This document shows, one piece after another, positions 24,176 through 50,152 of a DNA stretch of 64,000 nt (position 1 is the stretch's first letter; every line of letters starts with the position of its first letter). The stretch is from Macrostomum lignano. Lineage: Eukaryota. The stretch is taken from assembly GCA_002269645.1 (NCBI GenBank), contig NIVC01001520.1, positions 210,884-274,883 on the forward strand. The letters run 5' to 3'. The translations under genes and the position numbers were made by a program. The notes beneath the pieces were generated by a model, which saw nothing but the letters and a program-made list of their open reading frames with translations, was not told where the DNA came from and did not search any database.

Positions 24176-26911
24176 GCTTGACTTGTACTGGCGGTTGGCT
24201 AAAACAACCAACAGCCATGTACTTTTCGCAAAATCCAGTCAGACATTTTTCCCAACTCGCTGCCATTCCCAGAGGCTCAGAGGTCCATGGACAAAGCCAG
24301 AGTCACACGCGCATGTATTCAAGTACATAGCAGTCTAAAGAATTGCGTGAATTATGAAGAGTCGCCCAGAAAATTCTTTGTTCTTTTACTGCATTGATTG
24401 GGGCAGTGTCTGGCCATCACAGAGGGAACTGCTGCTTCCCTTAGACTGGCCCCCGCTGTGAACCCCCGCCTTTCAATACTTGTTGCAGTACAATGCTTTT
24501 TTGCTTTCCCCCTTAATTTGTTTCAAGCTCAGACAATTTTCACTATACCTGCTACCGACTGATTCCTGCAGGGCAAACTGACCTGCTTGACAAGAGTCAC
24601 AGACAAATGCGAATTACGGATGAAAAATCTTTTTTAAGATTAAAAATTTATAGTTTTTTGTGTTTGTTTCTTAAAATTTCCATGAACTTTGGGGGTCCAA
24701 CCCCCTGTAAATGAGTGTAAATGCATGACGAGGACTTTTACTAGTTAAATCTGCCTCGGGACGCTTTTATTCAACCCTTCACGTTTCCATTGGCAACAAA
24801 AGTTTCTGGATAAAATTCCTTCTCACACGCTGATCAAACAGTGCTTGCCGTGGAGAAGCCTATCTATCTGCTGGTACGTCGGCTGATCGAAGCCCAGTCA
24901 AGCAGGACAGCAATAAGACCCTGTCACAGCCCATGCAGTCTGAATCCGGTCGATTGTTTAATCAGTTTGAACCTATATGGAACAGTTGCAGTTGTAATTG
25001 CAATTGGCAAACGTGAGAGTCATTTCTAAGAAAATCGAGTCTAACGTCCTTCTATTTCAGCAGTAGAAAGACGCAATTTTTGCTTTCATATTCCATCTTT
25101 ATCGAGAATGGAAGTTTTAAATTTTTGGCACTAAATTAACAATTTCTTACCTGATTGTGGACTTAAAATTTGCAAGTATTTCGATAAAAGCTAAATTTGC
25201 AAGTTGACCAATTTAAATTTTGAAAATGCATCGATTGAAGATTGGAAACTGTGAGTGATTTTTTCCTGTGTTTATATGCTTCTCATCACGGATTTTTCGT
25301 CACTTTTTACATCAGTTATGCGATTTGATTGCTCACTTGATGGCAGTGTGAACAAGTCCTCAGTGTTGTTATCTAATGAATGCTGTAATTATGCGGGAAT
25401 TACTGAGAGGTCAAGGCTCATGGGGGTTTTCTGAAATGCTGTGACTCATGTGGGTTAAAAGCTACATGTAGTTTATTCAAAAATTTTTACTCCTCTGTTT
25501 GTTGCCTCCCCAGCGGGGGGCAGATTGCTAGTCCACTATACTAAAATGGTTTGTCCGTATCCAGGTAGGTAGGTGGCTATGTAATTGATTTCAGAAAAAC
25601 GGTTCAACGGATTTTAATGAAACTTACTCCTCTCGATCAGAAAATTTCCTGCGAAATGCATTTTTAGCAAGATGGCAAGTTTTTTGCTTTTTTAAAGCAC
25701 AGAATTTCCAATATCTCACCTTCTGGACTAGTGAATTCCAGATGGAGCAAGCGTGTGGTTTTTTCAATATTGATGCATATGGTTGTCAAGATATTATTGT
25801 CTTTGTTTGTCAAGAAGGCGCTTGCCAGACAATCGTTATCACGCACTGGAACCGCTGATTATTTATCCATAGTTCAAAATTTCTATGGTAATTTACGTTA
25901 AGGCAATGACATTCAAGCAATGACCAGTCATTGTTTGAAATTAAAAATAAAGCAATTTACCGGGATATCATTCTAGAAAACGAACCAGTCTATGAGCTTA
26001 AAATAAAATAGTCTATGGTTGTAAGTAGGAGGCTTCGCCCCCACACCCCCATTCCCCCTTCCCACTCCTGATGGGGAGGGGGAATTTGATCCTGATGAAC
26101 AAATTGACCAATGAAGTTAGCTGTAAGTGAGAAAACATGGTAATGGCCAACCCCCTATTGCGTTCTAAGTTCTTTAGCGTAATTTTTCTAGACGCTGTTT
26201 TGTCTATGGTGAAACATGGCTCTGTATTTAAACTGTACATAGAGAACTTGGATCATCCATCTCGGTCAAAAGACATGATTGCTTTATTTGAAATACCGAA
26301 GTCGCTGCAATCTAATTATGACAAGCAGGCGGGGCTTTTTTCTTCTTCAGCAGCCCCCGAGAGGAAAATGGCATCTTGCTAGTTATAAGCAGCTTTGAGC
26401 CGGGCAGGACAAGGGCAGAATGGCAATTTCTCTCTTCTCTCTCCTCTCTCTAGTCCAGAGGAAACAATGGCTTAGAATAAAATTCAGCCCCATGCAGTCC
26501 AGTTGCCGGGCTGCGAGGAGGGGAGGATGGCGCCACGACTAGGTGCGGAAAAGCTCTCTGAAGAGCGGATAGGAGCGGGAAACGGGAGCCACTAGAAGAA
26601 TATTGGGGGGGGGGGGGACGCACTGACACGCTGCCCATGTGCCGGCCGTCTCCGTTGTCTCCCAGGCGATTCCAGGCTCCTCTCTATGCTATATAGGAGG
26701 CACATTTGCCAAGTAGTTGAAGGCTATGAAAATCCAACTCACCCTTTGCTCCTCACGAATTTGAGTCCGCGCTGATTGGTCAGGGTGATAAGTGGAGCAG
26801 ATCGTATAGCCCACCCGTTTTTGTCCCAAGCCCTAGCTATATCTCCAGGGCAATTGGGGATTCGGACTGGAAGGTCATCCAGGTCAGAGTGAGCTACCGG
26901 ATATTCTGCAG

Positions 26912-29233
26912 AGCTGCTTTGCCATACGAACTTCAAACTGGCTGAGCCGCCTGCTCAGCAGCAGCCGCAGCGGCCGCCAACATGCGAGGAGCTCCTAGAA
27001 GCCGTGGGCCGTCGCCGCGCCTACCAGGCCGGCTTTCTCTGCCTGATGGCGCTGGCGGCGGCCCTGCCGGCTATGCAGACCCTGTCAGTCAACTTCACTT
27101 TACTGCGCAGGCCGTTCGTGTGCGCGTCAGCGGCTGCTGATGACCCGGATATCCGGAATAGCTCCGGTGCAGCAATGGCTTACAACTTCACTGCTGGAGT
27201 CATGGACGCCTGCACAGCAAACTGGACTAGCACAAGTTGCCAACGGTTGGTCTTTAGCGATCGTCAGATGACAGAAACGGCGCTAGAAACATTTCAGCTC
27301 GTGTGCGACCGAGACTACCTAGCAACGGTTGTCAAGGTGATGTTTATGCTCGGCTTTCTGGCCGGCAGCACCTGCTACGGCCTGCTGTCGGACCGGTGCG
27401 GCCGCCGGGGCGCCTTCGCCGCGGCCTGCGCGAACCTCGCCGTCGCAGGCTCGGTGGGCGCAGTCTCCAAGGACGTCATCACCTACGCCGCCCTCCGCTG
27501 CCTGGCCGGCTTCGCCTCGGCCGGCCTGCTCAGCGTCAGCTACACCTGGCACGCCGAGACTCTGCACAATGGCGACCGGTTTCTGCTCAGCCTGCTGATG
27601 AAGAATGGCTGGAGTCTGGGCCTTCTCGCCCTGGCCGGGGCGGCCATGTGGACTCGCGACTGGCGAACCACGGAGCTTCTGGCGTCGGCACCTGCGCTGC
27701 TGCTGCTGCCCCCGCGTGGCTGTTCGCCGCCGAGTCGCCGCGCTGGCTGCTGATGCGCGGTCGGGCAGCAGCCGCCGAGGCGGCACTGCGCCGGATCGCC
27801 CGCGTCAACCGGTCGGCCGGCCGGCTGCAGCGCCTGTTGGAACAGCGCCCGGTACAGCGGCAAGAGGAGCAACAGGTGGAACAGTCCGAGCAGCCGCTCG
27901 CAGCCAGGTTGGGGAGCGGGGTCTGAAGCGTTAAATAAGTTTTATTATTGCTCCCCATAAGTTTCTTATCTACTCTACTGTACTGTGCACTACTCTATTC
28001 TACTCTAACCTAATCTACTCTACGCTACTCTACTCAAATTTTTCTTTAGACGAATCTACTCTACTCTACTCTACTATTATACTCTACTCTACTCAAGTTT
28101 ACCTTTCTCGTCTCTTTTCTGGTCTTTCAGCCTCGTCCATTCTATCCACTCCTCAAGAGTCAAATCAATTCATAATTGCGTCTTATTGTATAATGATAGG
28201 CTCTTTTTATGACAACAAAAGTTATTGCAATCTGGCTTTTCCAATTTTCAGAAGCCTGACAGCCCCAGACGAACCGAATCAGCCTGCAGAACAGAGCGAA
28301 CAGACTGCGCCGGAGCAAAAGTCTCCAGCTAACGCCACGGCGGCGCTGCCGCTGCTCAGCCTGCTGCGCCGACCGCCGCTGCGCCAGCTGGCCCTGACGG
28401 TCTGGTGCACCTTCGCCGTGGTCAGCGCCGGCTACTACGGCCTGGCGCTCGGCTGGTCCGACCTGCTCGTCCAGCGCAGTGGTGGCGGAGGCGAAACCGG
28501 CGCTTTCGCTGGTGCGGCGATGGCCGCCGGAGCCGAGGTGGTCGCCCGTCTGACCGGCATGGCAGCGGGCGGCTGCTGCGGCCGGGTATCACTGCTTCTG
28601 GCCGCCAACGGAGTCGGCGCTGTGGCGCTGCTTGCGCTAGCGGCCGGCGCGCCCGGGTTCGCCGGTCGGCTGGCCGCGGCGCTGTTCGGCCGGTTCGGCC
28701 TCCTGCTGGCCTTTGAGGCGGCCTGGCTGCACGCCAGCGAAGCTTTCCCGACGCCGGCCAGGAACTCCTGCGTCGGCGTCGCTTCGACCTCCGCCAGAGT
28801 CGGCGGCGTAGTCGCCGCTCAGCTGGGCCTCCTGGCCGGAGTCTGGCGGCCGCTGCCGCCGCTGCTGTGTGGCCTCCTGGCCACGGCCGGCTGCTGCCTG
28901 GCGCTGTTCCTGCCGGAGACGCGGCAGAGCCGGCCGCCGGACAGCCTGGAGGAGGCCGAGCAGCTGTGCGCAGGCAGCCGAATTGTCGATCGACTTTACG
29001 CCGCCGGAGCAGCCGGCGCTGACGCTTGTCGTCGGCTTTGTCGAAGTCGAAGTCAGCCGCGTCAACCGGCTGGCGAGGCAGTCGTCAAGGAGGGTGTGGC
29101 GGCGGATGCGACAGCGCAGTTGACGGGCGGCGCCGGTTCCAAGGCTGCGGGCACGGGCGCCGGCTTCAAGGTCCCGAAGCTTCGCCTGAACTCCGGCTCA
29201 GATCTTGGCGGCGCTGGCGGAACAGCTAACGGC

Positions 29234-29278
<45 letters not shown>

Positions 29279-29410
29279 TCAAACGACGACTCGAGCCGAC
29301 GCGTCTCCGACTTCGGGGAGGATTTCAGCGACCTGTCGGATTCGTCCTCAGTGTCCCATCTGGCGACGCGCGGCTCCAGCGATCCCCTAGAGATTGAGAT
29401 CGAGCCGTAG
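26912..29410 (+). CDS. SLC22 / organic cation transporter-like MFS protein (one frameshift; start codon not resolved)
   Basis: N-terminal CEELLEAVGRRRAYQ, then FQLVCDRDYL, GLLSDRCGRR, ESPRWL and SEAFPTPARNSCVG, all typical of SLC22. Exons ~26912-27907 and 28252-29410 join phase 2 to phase 2. The frame changes at the C5 run 27709-27713. Confidence 0.85.
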
Positions 29411-29458
29411 ACTTAGTTTTGGGTCGTTATTTGAAAAGATGCTTGGACTAGTCATCAG

Positions 29459-29945
29459 GGAAGTGATGGAGTGTGTTGGTGAGTGATTGAGTGTGTTGGT
29501 GAGTGATTGAGTGTGTTGGTGAGTGATTGAGTGCGTTGGTGAGTGATTGAGTGTGTTGGTGAGTGATTGAGTGCGTTGGTGTGTTGATTGAGTGTGTTGT
29601 TGAGTGATTGAGTGTGTTGGTGAGTGATTGAGTGCGTTGGTGAGTGATTGAGTGTGTTGGTGAGTGATTGAGTGTGTTGGGAAGTGATGGAGTGTGTTGG
29701 TGAGTGATTGAGTGCGTTGGTGAGTGAAGGAGTGCGTTGGTGAGTGAAGGAGTGCGTTGGTGAGTGATTGAGTGCGTTGGTGAGTGATTGAGTGCGTTGG
29801 TGTGTTGATTGAGTGTGTTGGTGAATGATTGAGTGTGTTGGTGAGTGATTGAGTGTGTTGGTGAATGATTGAGTGCGTTGGTGAGTGATTGAGTGTGTTG
29901 GTGAGTGATTGAGTGTGTTGGGAAGTGATGGAGTGTGTTGGAGAG
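29459..29945. repeat. 20-nt minisatellite (gagtgattgagtgtgttggt)n
   Basis: Direct array just 3' of the SLC22 stop. Confidence 0.95.
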
Positions 29946-30249
29946 TGATTTTTAAAAAGTTTAATCCAAAACTTTTTTGCGATTTAGCTGCCACAAAATT
30001 AGCTGATCTTCAATCGTCGTAACGAATTGACTCGAAAATTCACCGTGTGTAGCTCGTAGTTAGTTTTTTAACGGTTTAAGGTTTGTTTTTTATCTTTTTC
30101 TAAGTTCCAATCTTTATAATCTGTAAATTTCTGCTTGTCTTAATCAGTTTTCATACGTTTAAGAAAATTGTGTCTTATGGTACTCGAAAAAACAAATTGC
30201 ACTCTGAGAAACAGCTGATGATACTGAAAAGCATTGCCTGGTTTGTTTT

Positions 30250-30530
30250 CACCGCGGTTCACCGGTTTACTAGTTTAACGGTTCACTGGTTTACTGGTTC
30301 ACTGGTTTACTGGTTCACTGGTTTACTGGTTCACTGGTTTACTTGTTCACTGGTTTACTGGTTCACTGGTTCAGTAGTTTACCAGTTCTCCGGTTTACAA
30401 GTTCACCGGTTCACCGGTTGATTGGTTCATTGGTTCTCTAGTTCACTGGTTTACTAGTTCACCGGTTTACTGATTCACCGGTTTACTGGTTCACTGGCAC
30501 ACTGAGAGTTCACTAGTTCACTGGTTCACT
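30250..30530. repeat. Degenerate short-unit array (ctggtttactggttca)n
   Basis: Direct degenerate array. Confidence 0.85.
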
Positions 30531-31123
30531 TGTTCACTGAATCCATGCATGGTTCACTGCATGGATTCACCGGCTCACTGACTCGCTGGATTCTTTTTTC
30601 AGGTGAGGCTGAATCAAATGCACAATCACAGCGGTTGCTAGCAGGGACTAACCTTGTTTTAATTAGTGAGAGCGGTACCCGTAAACATGCTAAGTCAAAT
30701 GGCATTTTATTGTTTCATCAAGTAGACGCCGCGATTGAGTCCCGTATTTTCCAAACAATTTGCAATCTTAGCTTTGAGCCGTTTTCTCCTTTTAAAATCA
30801 ACGAGGTATGAAATGAAGATGGATCGAGGACAAAAGTGCATGAACTGGATGTACTTTTTAATTCGAAGTCAACAGCCATCCGGCTGTAGGCTGTTGCTCT
30901 AAAATCATTTTTATTCAGCTTTGATCTCTCAACGGATTGGAGTCTAATAGAGAGAGAAAGCAAAATTCAATTAGGCGCTGGCTAGAAAATCTTGTACTGG
31001 TCGGGCAGCGGGGAAAATACTCTGCAGTGGAGTCCATAAAATGACAAAACATCCATTATGCATCCCAGCTAGGTAAAAAATATATATACTGATAAAAATT
31101 TATACAGAGGCGCCCTAGTGACC

Positions 31124-31500
31124 TGGTGCGGAGTTGTCTTAGGGGTAAAGACTCACTGGGCCAACACCCACCATCCCATCTGGTGCGGACCAGTCTTAGG
31201 GGTAGAGAGACATTGCAGCCACTCACTGGGCCAACACCCACCACCCCATCTGGTGCGGACCTGTCTTAGGGGTAGAGAGACATTGCAGCCACTCACTGGG
31301 CCAACACCCACCACCCCATCTAGTGCGGACCTGTCTTAGGGGTAGAGAGACATTGCAGCCACTCACTGGGCCAACACCCACCACCCCATCTGGTGCGGAC
31401 CTGTCTTAGGGGTAGAGGGACATTGCAGCCACTCACTGGGCCAACACCCACCACCCCATCTGGTGCGGACCTGTCTTGGGTAGAGGAACATTGCAGCCAC
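31124..31500. repeat. 70-nt tandem repeat
   Basis: Units start at 31181, 31251, 31321, 31391 and 31461 (tggtgcggacctgtcttagggg...), with a degenerate first copy. Confidence 0.9.
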
Positions 31501-31964
31501 TCACTGCAGCCGACGCTAGGAGAATGTTATTTAGTTGGAATCCAGCTTCTCTATGACAAACTTACAGTGCAGTACAGTAAGTACAGTACAAAACTGGACT
31601 GGAAAAAATTGCAGCAGGCCACAGAGTCAGTTTACATAAATAGTCAAGTACAATACGAAAATAAATACAATGCGAATATAAGTACAATACAAGGTCTACT
31701 TGTATCAAATGCTACAATATTTTCACTAGAGTAGGCTGTTCAATCTAAACTAGAATAAGTAGTGTGGTGAGGCGGGAATACGAGTATACATGCGTTAGTA
31801 TCAGATTACTTTCTCGTAGCAGAAAGCAGCCGTGAAAACAGTTTTTACGCTGTCGTATACATGCACAGTAGAGTAGCTTAAAAGCAAACAATGTTTGAAA
31901 AATATAATAAAAAGCAATTTATAACAATAAAATAGTATTATGAGCATTTCTGCATCAATTCAGC

Positions 31965-34330
31965 GTTTAGATCACCTGTAACTAGATCATCTGTCACTGG
32001 ATCACCTGTCACTAGATCACCTGTCACTGGATCACCTGTCACTAGATCACTTGTCACTATATCACTTGTCACTGGATCACCTGTCACTGGATCACCTGTC
32101 ACTAGATCACCTGTCACTAGATCACTTGTCACTAGATCACCTGTCACTGGATCACCTGTCACTGGATCGAACCTGTCACTGGATCACCTGTCACTGGATC
32201 AAACCTGTCACTGGATCACCTGTCACTGGATCACCTGTCACTGGACCACCTTTCACTGGATCACCTGTCACTGGATCACCTGTCACTGGATCACCTGTCA
32301 CTGGATCAAACATGTCACTGGATCACCTGTCACTGGATCACCTGTCACTGGATCACCTGTCACTGGATCATCTGTCACTGGATCAAACATGTCACTGGAT
32401 CACCTGTCACTGGATCAAACCTGTCACTGGATCAAACCTGTCACTAGATCACCTGTCACTAGATCACCTGTCACTGGATCACCTGTCACTGGATCACCTG
32501 TCACTGGATCACCTGTCACTGGATCAAACATGTCACTGGATCACCTGTCACTGGATCAAACCTGTCACTGGATCAAACCTGTCACTAGATCACCTGTCAC
32601 TGGATCACCTGTCACTGGATCATCTGTCACTGGATCACCTGTCATTGGATCACCTTTCACTGGATCACCTGTCACTGGATCACCTGTCACTGGATCAAAC
32701 ATGTGTAGTAGGGGGGTTTAGTTCAAGCAGTTTTGCTAAGGGCGTTTGCCAAGGTTTCCGATTCGTCGAGTCAATTATTTAGTTTTCCGAAATCAAGATT
32801 AAGCAGTTTTGCTTTTACGCTGCTATTAGTAGTTCACCCTCGGGGAAATATCTGAAGTTGTGGGAATTCGAGTCTTAGCGGGTTCCTCTATTAGTAAAAG
32901 GCTGTTTAGCCTCGGGAAAGCATCCGTTCAGGACCGTCCATCAGGACAATATATATAGAGACAAAGATCTCAAATCTAAAATAGAAAATAAGGGAGTCTC
33001 CCTTTCAAAAAATTAAATACAGAAGCTTAAAAGAAATCAAGGGTAAGTTAAGGATAAAATTCTAAGGGGTAAAATAGGGAGGCTAAGAAGGAGTCTACCA
33101 CTTAGTCAAACGGAGTCTACCGAGAATAGGATTATAAATCAGGTATCATAAGAAAAGACTAAAGGAATCTACCATTGGTCTAAATAAGAAATCGGAGTCT
33201 ACCGAAGTGCAAAACATAGGGATTAATTGTGTACATTTCTTTGCATATTTGGTTTAATAATATTTCTTTTGTTGTCTGATCTAAATAATCTTATATGAAA
33301 TTGACTCTTGTCTGACTTATTTTAATTTAATTTAAATTATAAGGAGCATTAGTCTGGTGGCAGCGACCTACCAAATAAGATTACGTAATAACAGATTAAT
33401 AGAGCGAAGTATCCTAGACCATAGGAACTACTTAGCCAACCTGAAAGTAAATAGAAAAATCTTCCAACTTAGGCCAAGCCCGGAGTCTCCCGAGCTCAGA
33501 TTAATCAAATTAAAAGAAACCAGTAAACCAGTAGCCTAAACCGCAGGTACCACGCTTGTCCACATGTCACTGGATCACCTGTCACTGGATCAAACCTGTC
33601 ACTGGATCAAACCTGTTACTGGATCACCTGTCACTGGATCAAACCTGTCACTGGATCAAACCTGTCACTGGATCATCTGTCACTGGATCAAACCTGTCAC
33701 TGGATCACCTGTCACTAGATCACCTGTCACTGGATCACCTGTCACTGGATCGAACCTGTCACTGGATCACCTGTCACTGGATCAAACCTGTCACTGGATC
33801 AAACCTGTTACTGGATCACCTGTCACTGGATCAAACCTGTCACTGGATCAAACCTGTCACTGGATCATCTGTCACTGGATCAAACCTGTCACTGGATCAC
33901 CTGTCACTAGATCACCTGTCACTGGATCACCTGTCACTGGATCGAACCTGTCACTGGATCACCTGTCACTGGATCAAACCTGTCACTGGATCACCTGTCA
34001 CTAGATCAAACCTGTCACTGGATCAAACATGTCACTGGATCATCTGTCACTGGATCAAACCTGTCACTAGATCACCTGTCACTGGATCACCTGTCACTGG
34101 ATCAAACCTGTCACTAGATCACCTGTCACTGAATCAAACCTGTCACTGGATCACCTGTCACTAGATCGCCTGTCACTAGATCACCTGTCACTGGATCAAA
34201 CCTGTCACTGGATCACCTGTCACTGGATCACCTGTCACTGGATCACCTGTCACTGGATCACCTGTCACTGGATCACCTGTCACTGGATCACCTGTCACTG
34301 GATCAAACCTCTCAGTAGATCACCTGTCAC
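31965..34330. repeat. 15/16-nt minisatellite (gatcacctgtcactg)n, interrupted by an insertion
   Basis: Arrays at ~31965-32703 and ~33563-34330 share the same unit and variants. Confidence 0.95.
32704..33562. mobile_element. Candidate solo LTR (859 bp)
   Basis: Begins TG(TAGT) and ends CA. Flanked by the 4-bp duplication catg (32700-32703 and 33563-33566), which reconstitutes the satellite variant aaacatgtcact. TATA-like catatatata-type motif near 32947. Confidence 0.65.
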
Positions 34331-34504
34331 CCGATCACCTGTATTTCCTGTCACTGGAAACTAGACTACCTATCACTTGTTCATCGGGAGATCAGATCGC
34401 AATTATTATTAGCCGCCGTTCTCACAAATTAAAATGAAAATTCCAACAGCTGGACTTCTAAACCAGTTCTACAGTGCACCGCCAACCCCTATCCGACAGC
34501 TGAT

Positions 34505-46487
<11,983 letters not shown>

Positions 46488-47386
46488 GCCGAACTTTTGT
46501 CGATCGATCTGGCGATCTCTATCTAGCTCGGTTACTATTTGAAGAGACTCTCTCTACGTGCTGAAGCTGCTGTCCTTTGTGTGCTTGCACTTACTCCCAG
46601 GCCATGGCTCAGGCTGAGCAGGGGGAGGCTGAGAGAGGGGGCGAAAATGAAGCGGAAGCAAGAAGCGAAAATCGGTGCGCACTGCTGCTTCATTCGCGGG
46701 CAGGAGGGCAGCAAATCGGTCGGGACGCGGAGCTCTGGATGTAGCAACTGGACGGGGAACTGGCTGAGCCTGACACACATTCCCCAGTCAGCCACACTCA
46801 TTCAGGCTGATTGTTCAGCAAGTCATTAGTTTTAAAAAGTGCTTAATTAACCATCTGGCGTCAGAAAAAGATGAGATGAGATGTTTAAACGTATTCCAGA
46901 GTCTGTGAGACCTTTTGAGGTCAACTACTCGTATGTCAGTGTGGTGTGGTCAATAAGATCAAGGAGATCAATGCAAACAATCAGATCAATGAAATCAATG
47001 AGATCTATGAGATCTATAATATCAATGAAATCTATGAGATCAATGAGATGAAACGTGACCTGACCTGAGTCACGAACTTGAGAAACCCAAGTAGAAATTA
47101 GTAAGAAAACCTTTAGTCAGTCAGTTTCCACTCCAGATAGCTAATATGATTCTAGAAGTCCATAGCCTAGAGCTGGGGTTGGGCTTACACCAACTCAGAA
47201 GCAGCCACAGCCAGTGGTTTTTTGCTGATCGCGAGGCAGGCGCTGCCGGACTGTAGAAGAGCCGCGCCCAAGATTTCTTGATTCGCTGTACCTTTGGCAA
47301 ACCTAACCTAGCCTGCATGCCCTTCTGCCACCCAGTTACCGGCTGACTGGCTTCCATTCTTGAGAGTCCCCGCTAAGCCGAATAGC

Positions 47387-47387
<1 letters not shown>

Positions 47388-47479
<92 letters not shown>

Positions 47480-47957
47480 GGGGGAGAGAGGAAGAGAGGG
47501 AGAGAGGAAGAGAGGGAGAGAGGAAGAGAGAGAGGGGGAGAGAGAGAGGGGGAGAGAGGAAGAGAGGGAGATAGAGGGTAGAGAGGGAGAGAGAGAGGGA
47601 GAGAGAGAGGGGGAGAGAGGAAGAGAGGGAGAGAGGAAGAGAGGGAGAGAGAGGGGTAGAGAGGGAGAGAGAGAGGGAGAGAGAGGGAGAGAGAGGGGAA
47701 GAGAGGGAGGGAGAGAGAGAGAGAGGGAGAGAGAGAGAGGGGGGAGAGAGGAAGAGAGGAAGAGAGGAAGAGAGGGAGAGAGGGAGAGAGAGGGAGAGAG
47801 AGGGAGAGAGAGAGGGGAGAGAAGAAGAGAGGGTGAGAGGAAGAGAGAGAGAGGAAGAGAGGGAGAGAGAGAGGGAGAGAGAGAGGGAGAGAGAGGGGAA
47901 GAGAGGGAGGGAGGGAGAGAGGGAGAGAGGGAGAGAGAGAGATAGGGGGGAGAGACA
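47388..47957. repeat. (GA)n and GA-rich polypurine tract
   Basis: Pure-purine stretch on the + strand upstream of TRPC. Confidence 0.95.
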
Positions 47958-48809
47958 GAGATTTGGCTACTGGTTTCAAGCCTTTGTCTGGCCTCTTTGT
48001 CAGGCCCAAAAAATTGCGTACAATGCAATGCAAGTTTGTCTTTCAAGAGTATGATTTATAACAGTCTGGTAAAATCGATGAGCGGATGTTGATATCAGGG
48101 ATGTAAATCTAATGAACTGTTCTATCTACGAGCTAGCTCTACCTTGTCCCAGAGGCTTCAACCAGTCATTTTAATCGAAAGGATATTTAGTGTGTTAAAA
48201 AGTGTTTTTATTCAAAGTAAACAATTAAATGAAATGCAGATATCGAAGTGGGAGCACAAAAGTCAATGTTGCAAATACGAACGCGAAGTGTAAATAAAAG
48301 AGAGAGGGAGAGAGAAAGGGAGAGATAGGGAGAGAGACAGAGCAGACAGAGAGGTTGAAGCTAAGGATTTTCAGTAGACATTATTAATAATATTAGCAAT
48401 AAGGATAAACATAATTATAAGCACGATGGACTGCAGTACATAAGAATACTCGTATGTGTGTTGCTTCTTCATTTTCTGGTCACGCTATTCTCATATTAAT
48501 AGACAATAGCTGATAGACCTTTGTTGTGCACCGAAGCAGACCAACTAAAAAGGATCAAGCATTGTTGATCTTTATTAGTGCTTCGGTCCATTTGTATTTT
48601 TTTTCATTTACGGTGCCGCCTTTGCAGTCAAAGAGAGCGCGCATCAATGCAGCTGTTTGCGGACCGTTTTCTAGAGCTGTTTTTAGCGCGTGCTGAAACT
48701 TGAACGGAGAAAATTTTCATCAAGTAAAATTGTAATTGGTTTCTTGATATTGAAATTATTCAGTATCATATTATTGATCTATTTAAACCGTTACTGATTC
48801 CATCGATTT

Positions 48810-49340
48810 CATGAAAATCTTATTGATTTCATTGATCTCATTGTTATAATTGATCTCATAAATCTCATTGATCTCATTGATCTCACCGATCTCATTGATC
48901 TCACCGATCTCATTGTTATAATTGATCTCATAAATCTCATCGATCTCATTGATCTCATTGATCTCAGTGAACTCATTGTTATAATTGATCTCATAAATCT
49001 CATCGATCTCATTGATCTCATTGATCTCATTGTTATAATTGATCTCATAAATCTCATTGATCTCATTGATCTCATTGATCTCAGTGAACTCATTGTTATA
49101 ATTGATCTCATAGATCTCATCGATCTTATTGATCTTATTGATCTCACCGATCTCATTGTTATAATTGATCTCATAAATCTCATCGATCTCATTGATCTCA
49201 CCGATCTCATTGTTATAATTGATCTCATAAATCTCATCGATCTTATTGATCTCATTGATCTCAGTGAACTCATCGATCTCATTAATCTCACTGATTGTTT
49301 TGAAGTCATTATTTTGATTGACCGCATTTTCTCTCTTTTC
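48810..49340. repeat. 9-nt-based minisatellite (gatctcatt)n
   Basis: Direct degenerate array. A reverse-complement version occurs at ~46950-47050. Confidence 0.9.
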
Positions 49341-50152
49341 GATCTCATTGGCATAATTAATTGGATTTTGATCTCTGCATATTTAATTGATTTATTAACC
49401 GATAAATTGATTGACTGACTAATTTCTGCTAATCATCGGAAAGAAAATAATGCAAATTACACATAGATTTAATTGGTCTCCAGAAGAACAAATCGACAGG
49501 GGGGGGCATATATTTAGCACAGATAAACCCGAACCAAATAAAAAGTTTGTGTCGCACTTGAAGGCCAAAAATTAAGAGCACAGGCGGTGATAAACCCGAT
49601 GAGAAGAACGTTTGCACAATTGCAGTTCTGCTGGTTTAATAGCTCGATTATACATAGGAAAATATATATCAACAATTATGGCTGAAAAAAAAAATTTTCA
49701 TGATTTCTCCAATTTTAAAAAAAATTAAAAAATTTAAAATTTAAAAATTTCCCAAGAAAAGAAAGAAACTGCGGAATGGACGGATAAGTTGATAAAGGTT
49801 CCATTTTGGGTAAAGTTATGTGTCTATCAGAAACAGGCTAGTGTCTTGAAGTCATGCAAAAATATAATATTGGATTATTTTCCTTTTATCATGCAGAATC
49901 AAAAGGAAAAAACTTAAAAAATTGCACTACGAAAATGGGGAGAGTTTACAACGGAATTATTTTCAAACAGTGATGAATGTGTAGCTTGAGTTTATCTAAA
50001 AAATATTTCTCAATTTCAATTTCAATTTTCAATCTGCTTTAAAGTTTCAAATAAAGTTTGCTAACGATTTTTTAAAGGGAATAAGACTCTTGAAATCTAA
50101 GCACAAAAACCTCGTTTGCACTACTGACAGTAGCTAGTAGACGAGTAGTAAA

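Noticed and set aside
27303-27926. Separate 207-aa gene
   Set aside because: Only its 3' part (from ~27711) is real, as the post-frameshift portion of the SLC22 gene.
47308-48054. SL/SP- and RE-repeat ORFs
   Set aside because: Translation of the GA/CT tract.
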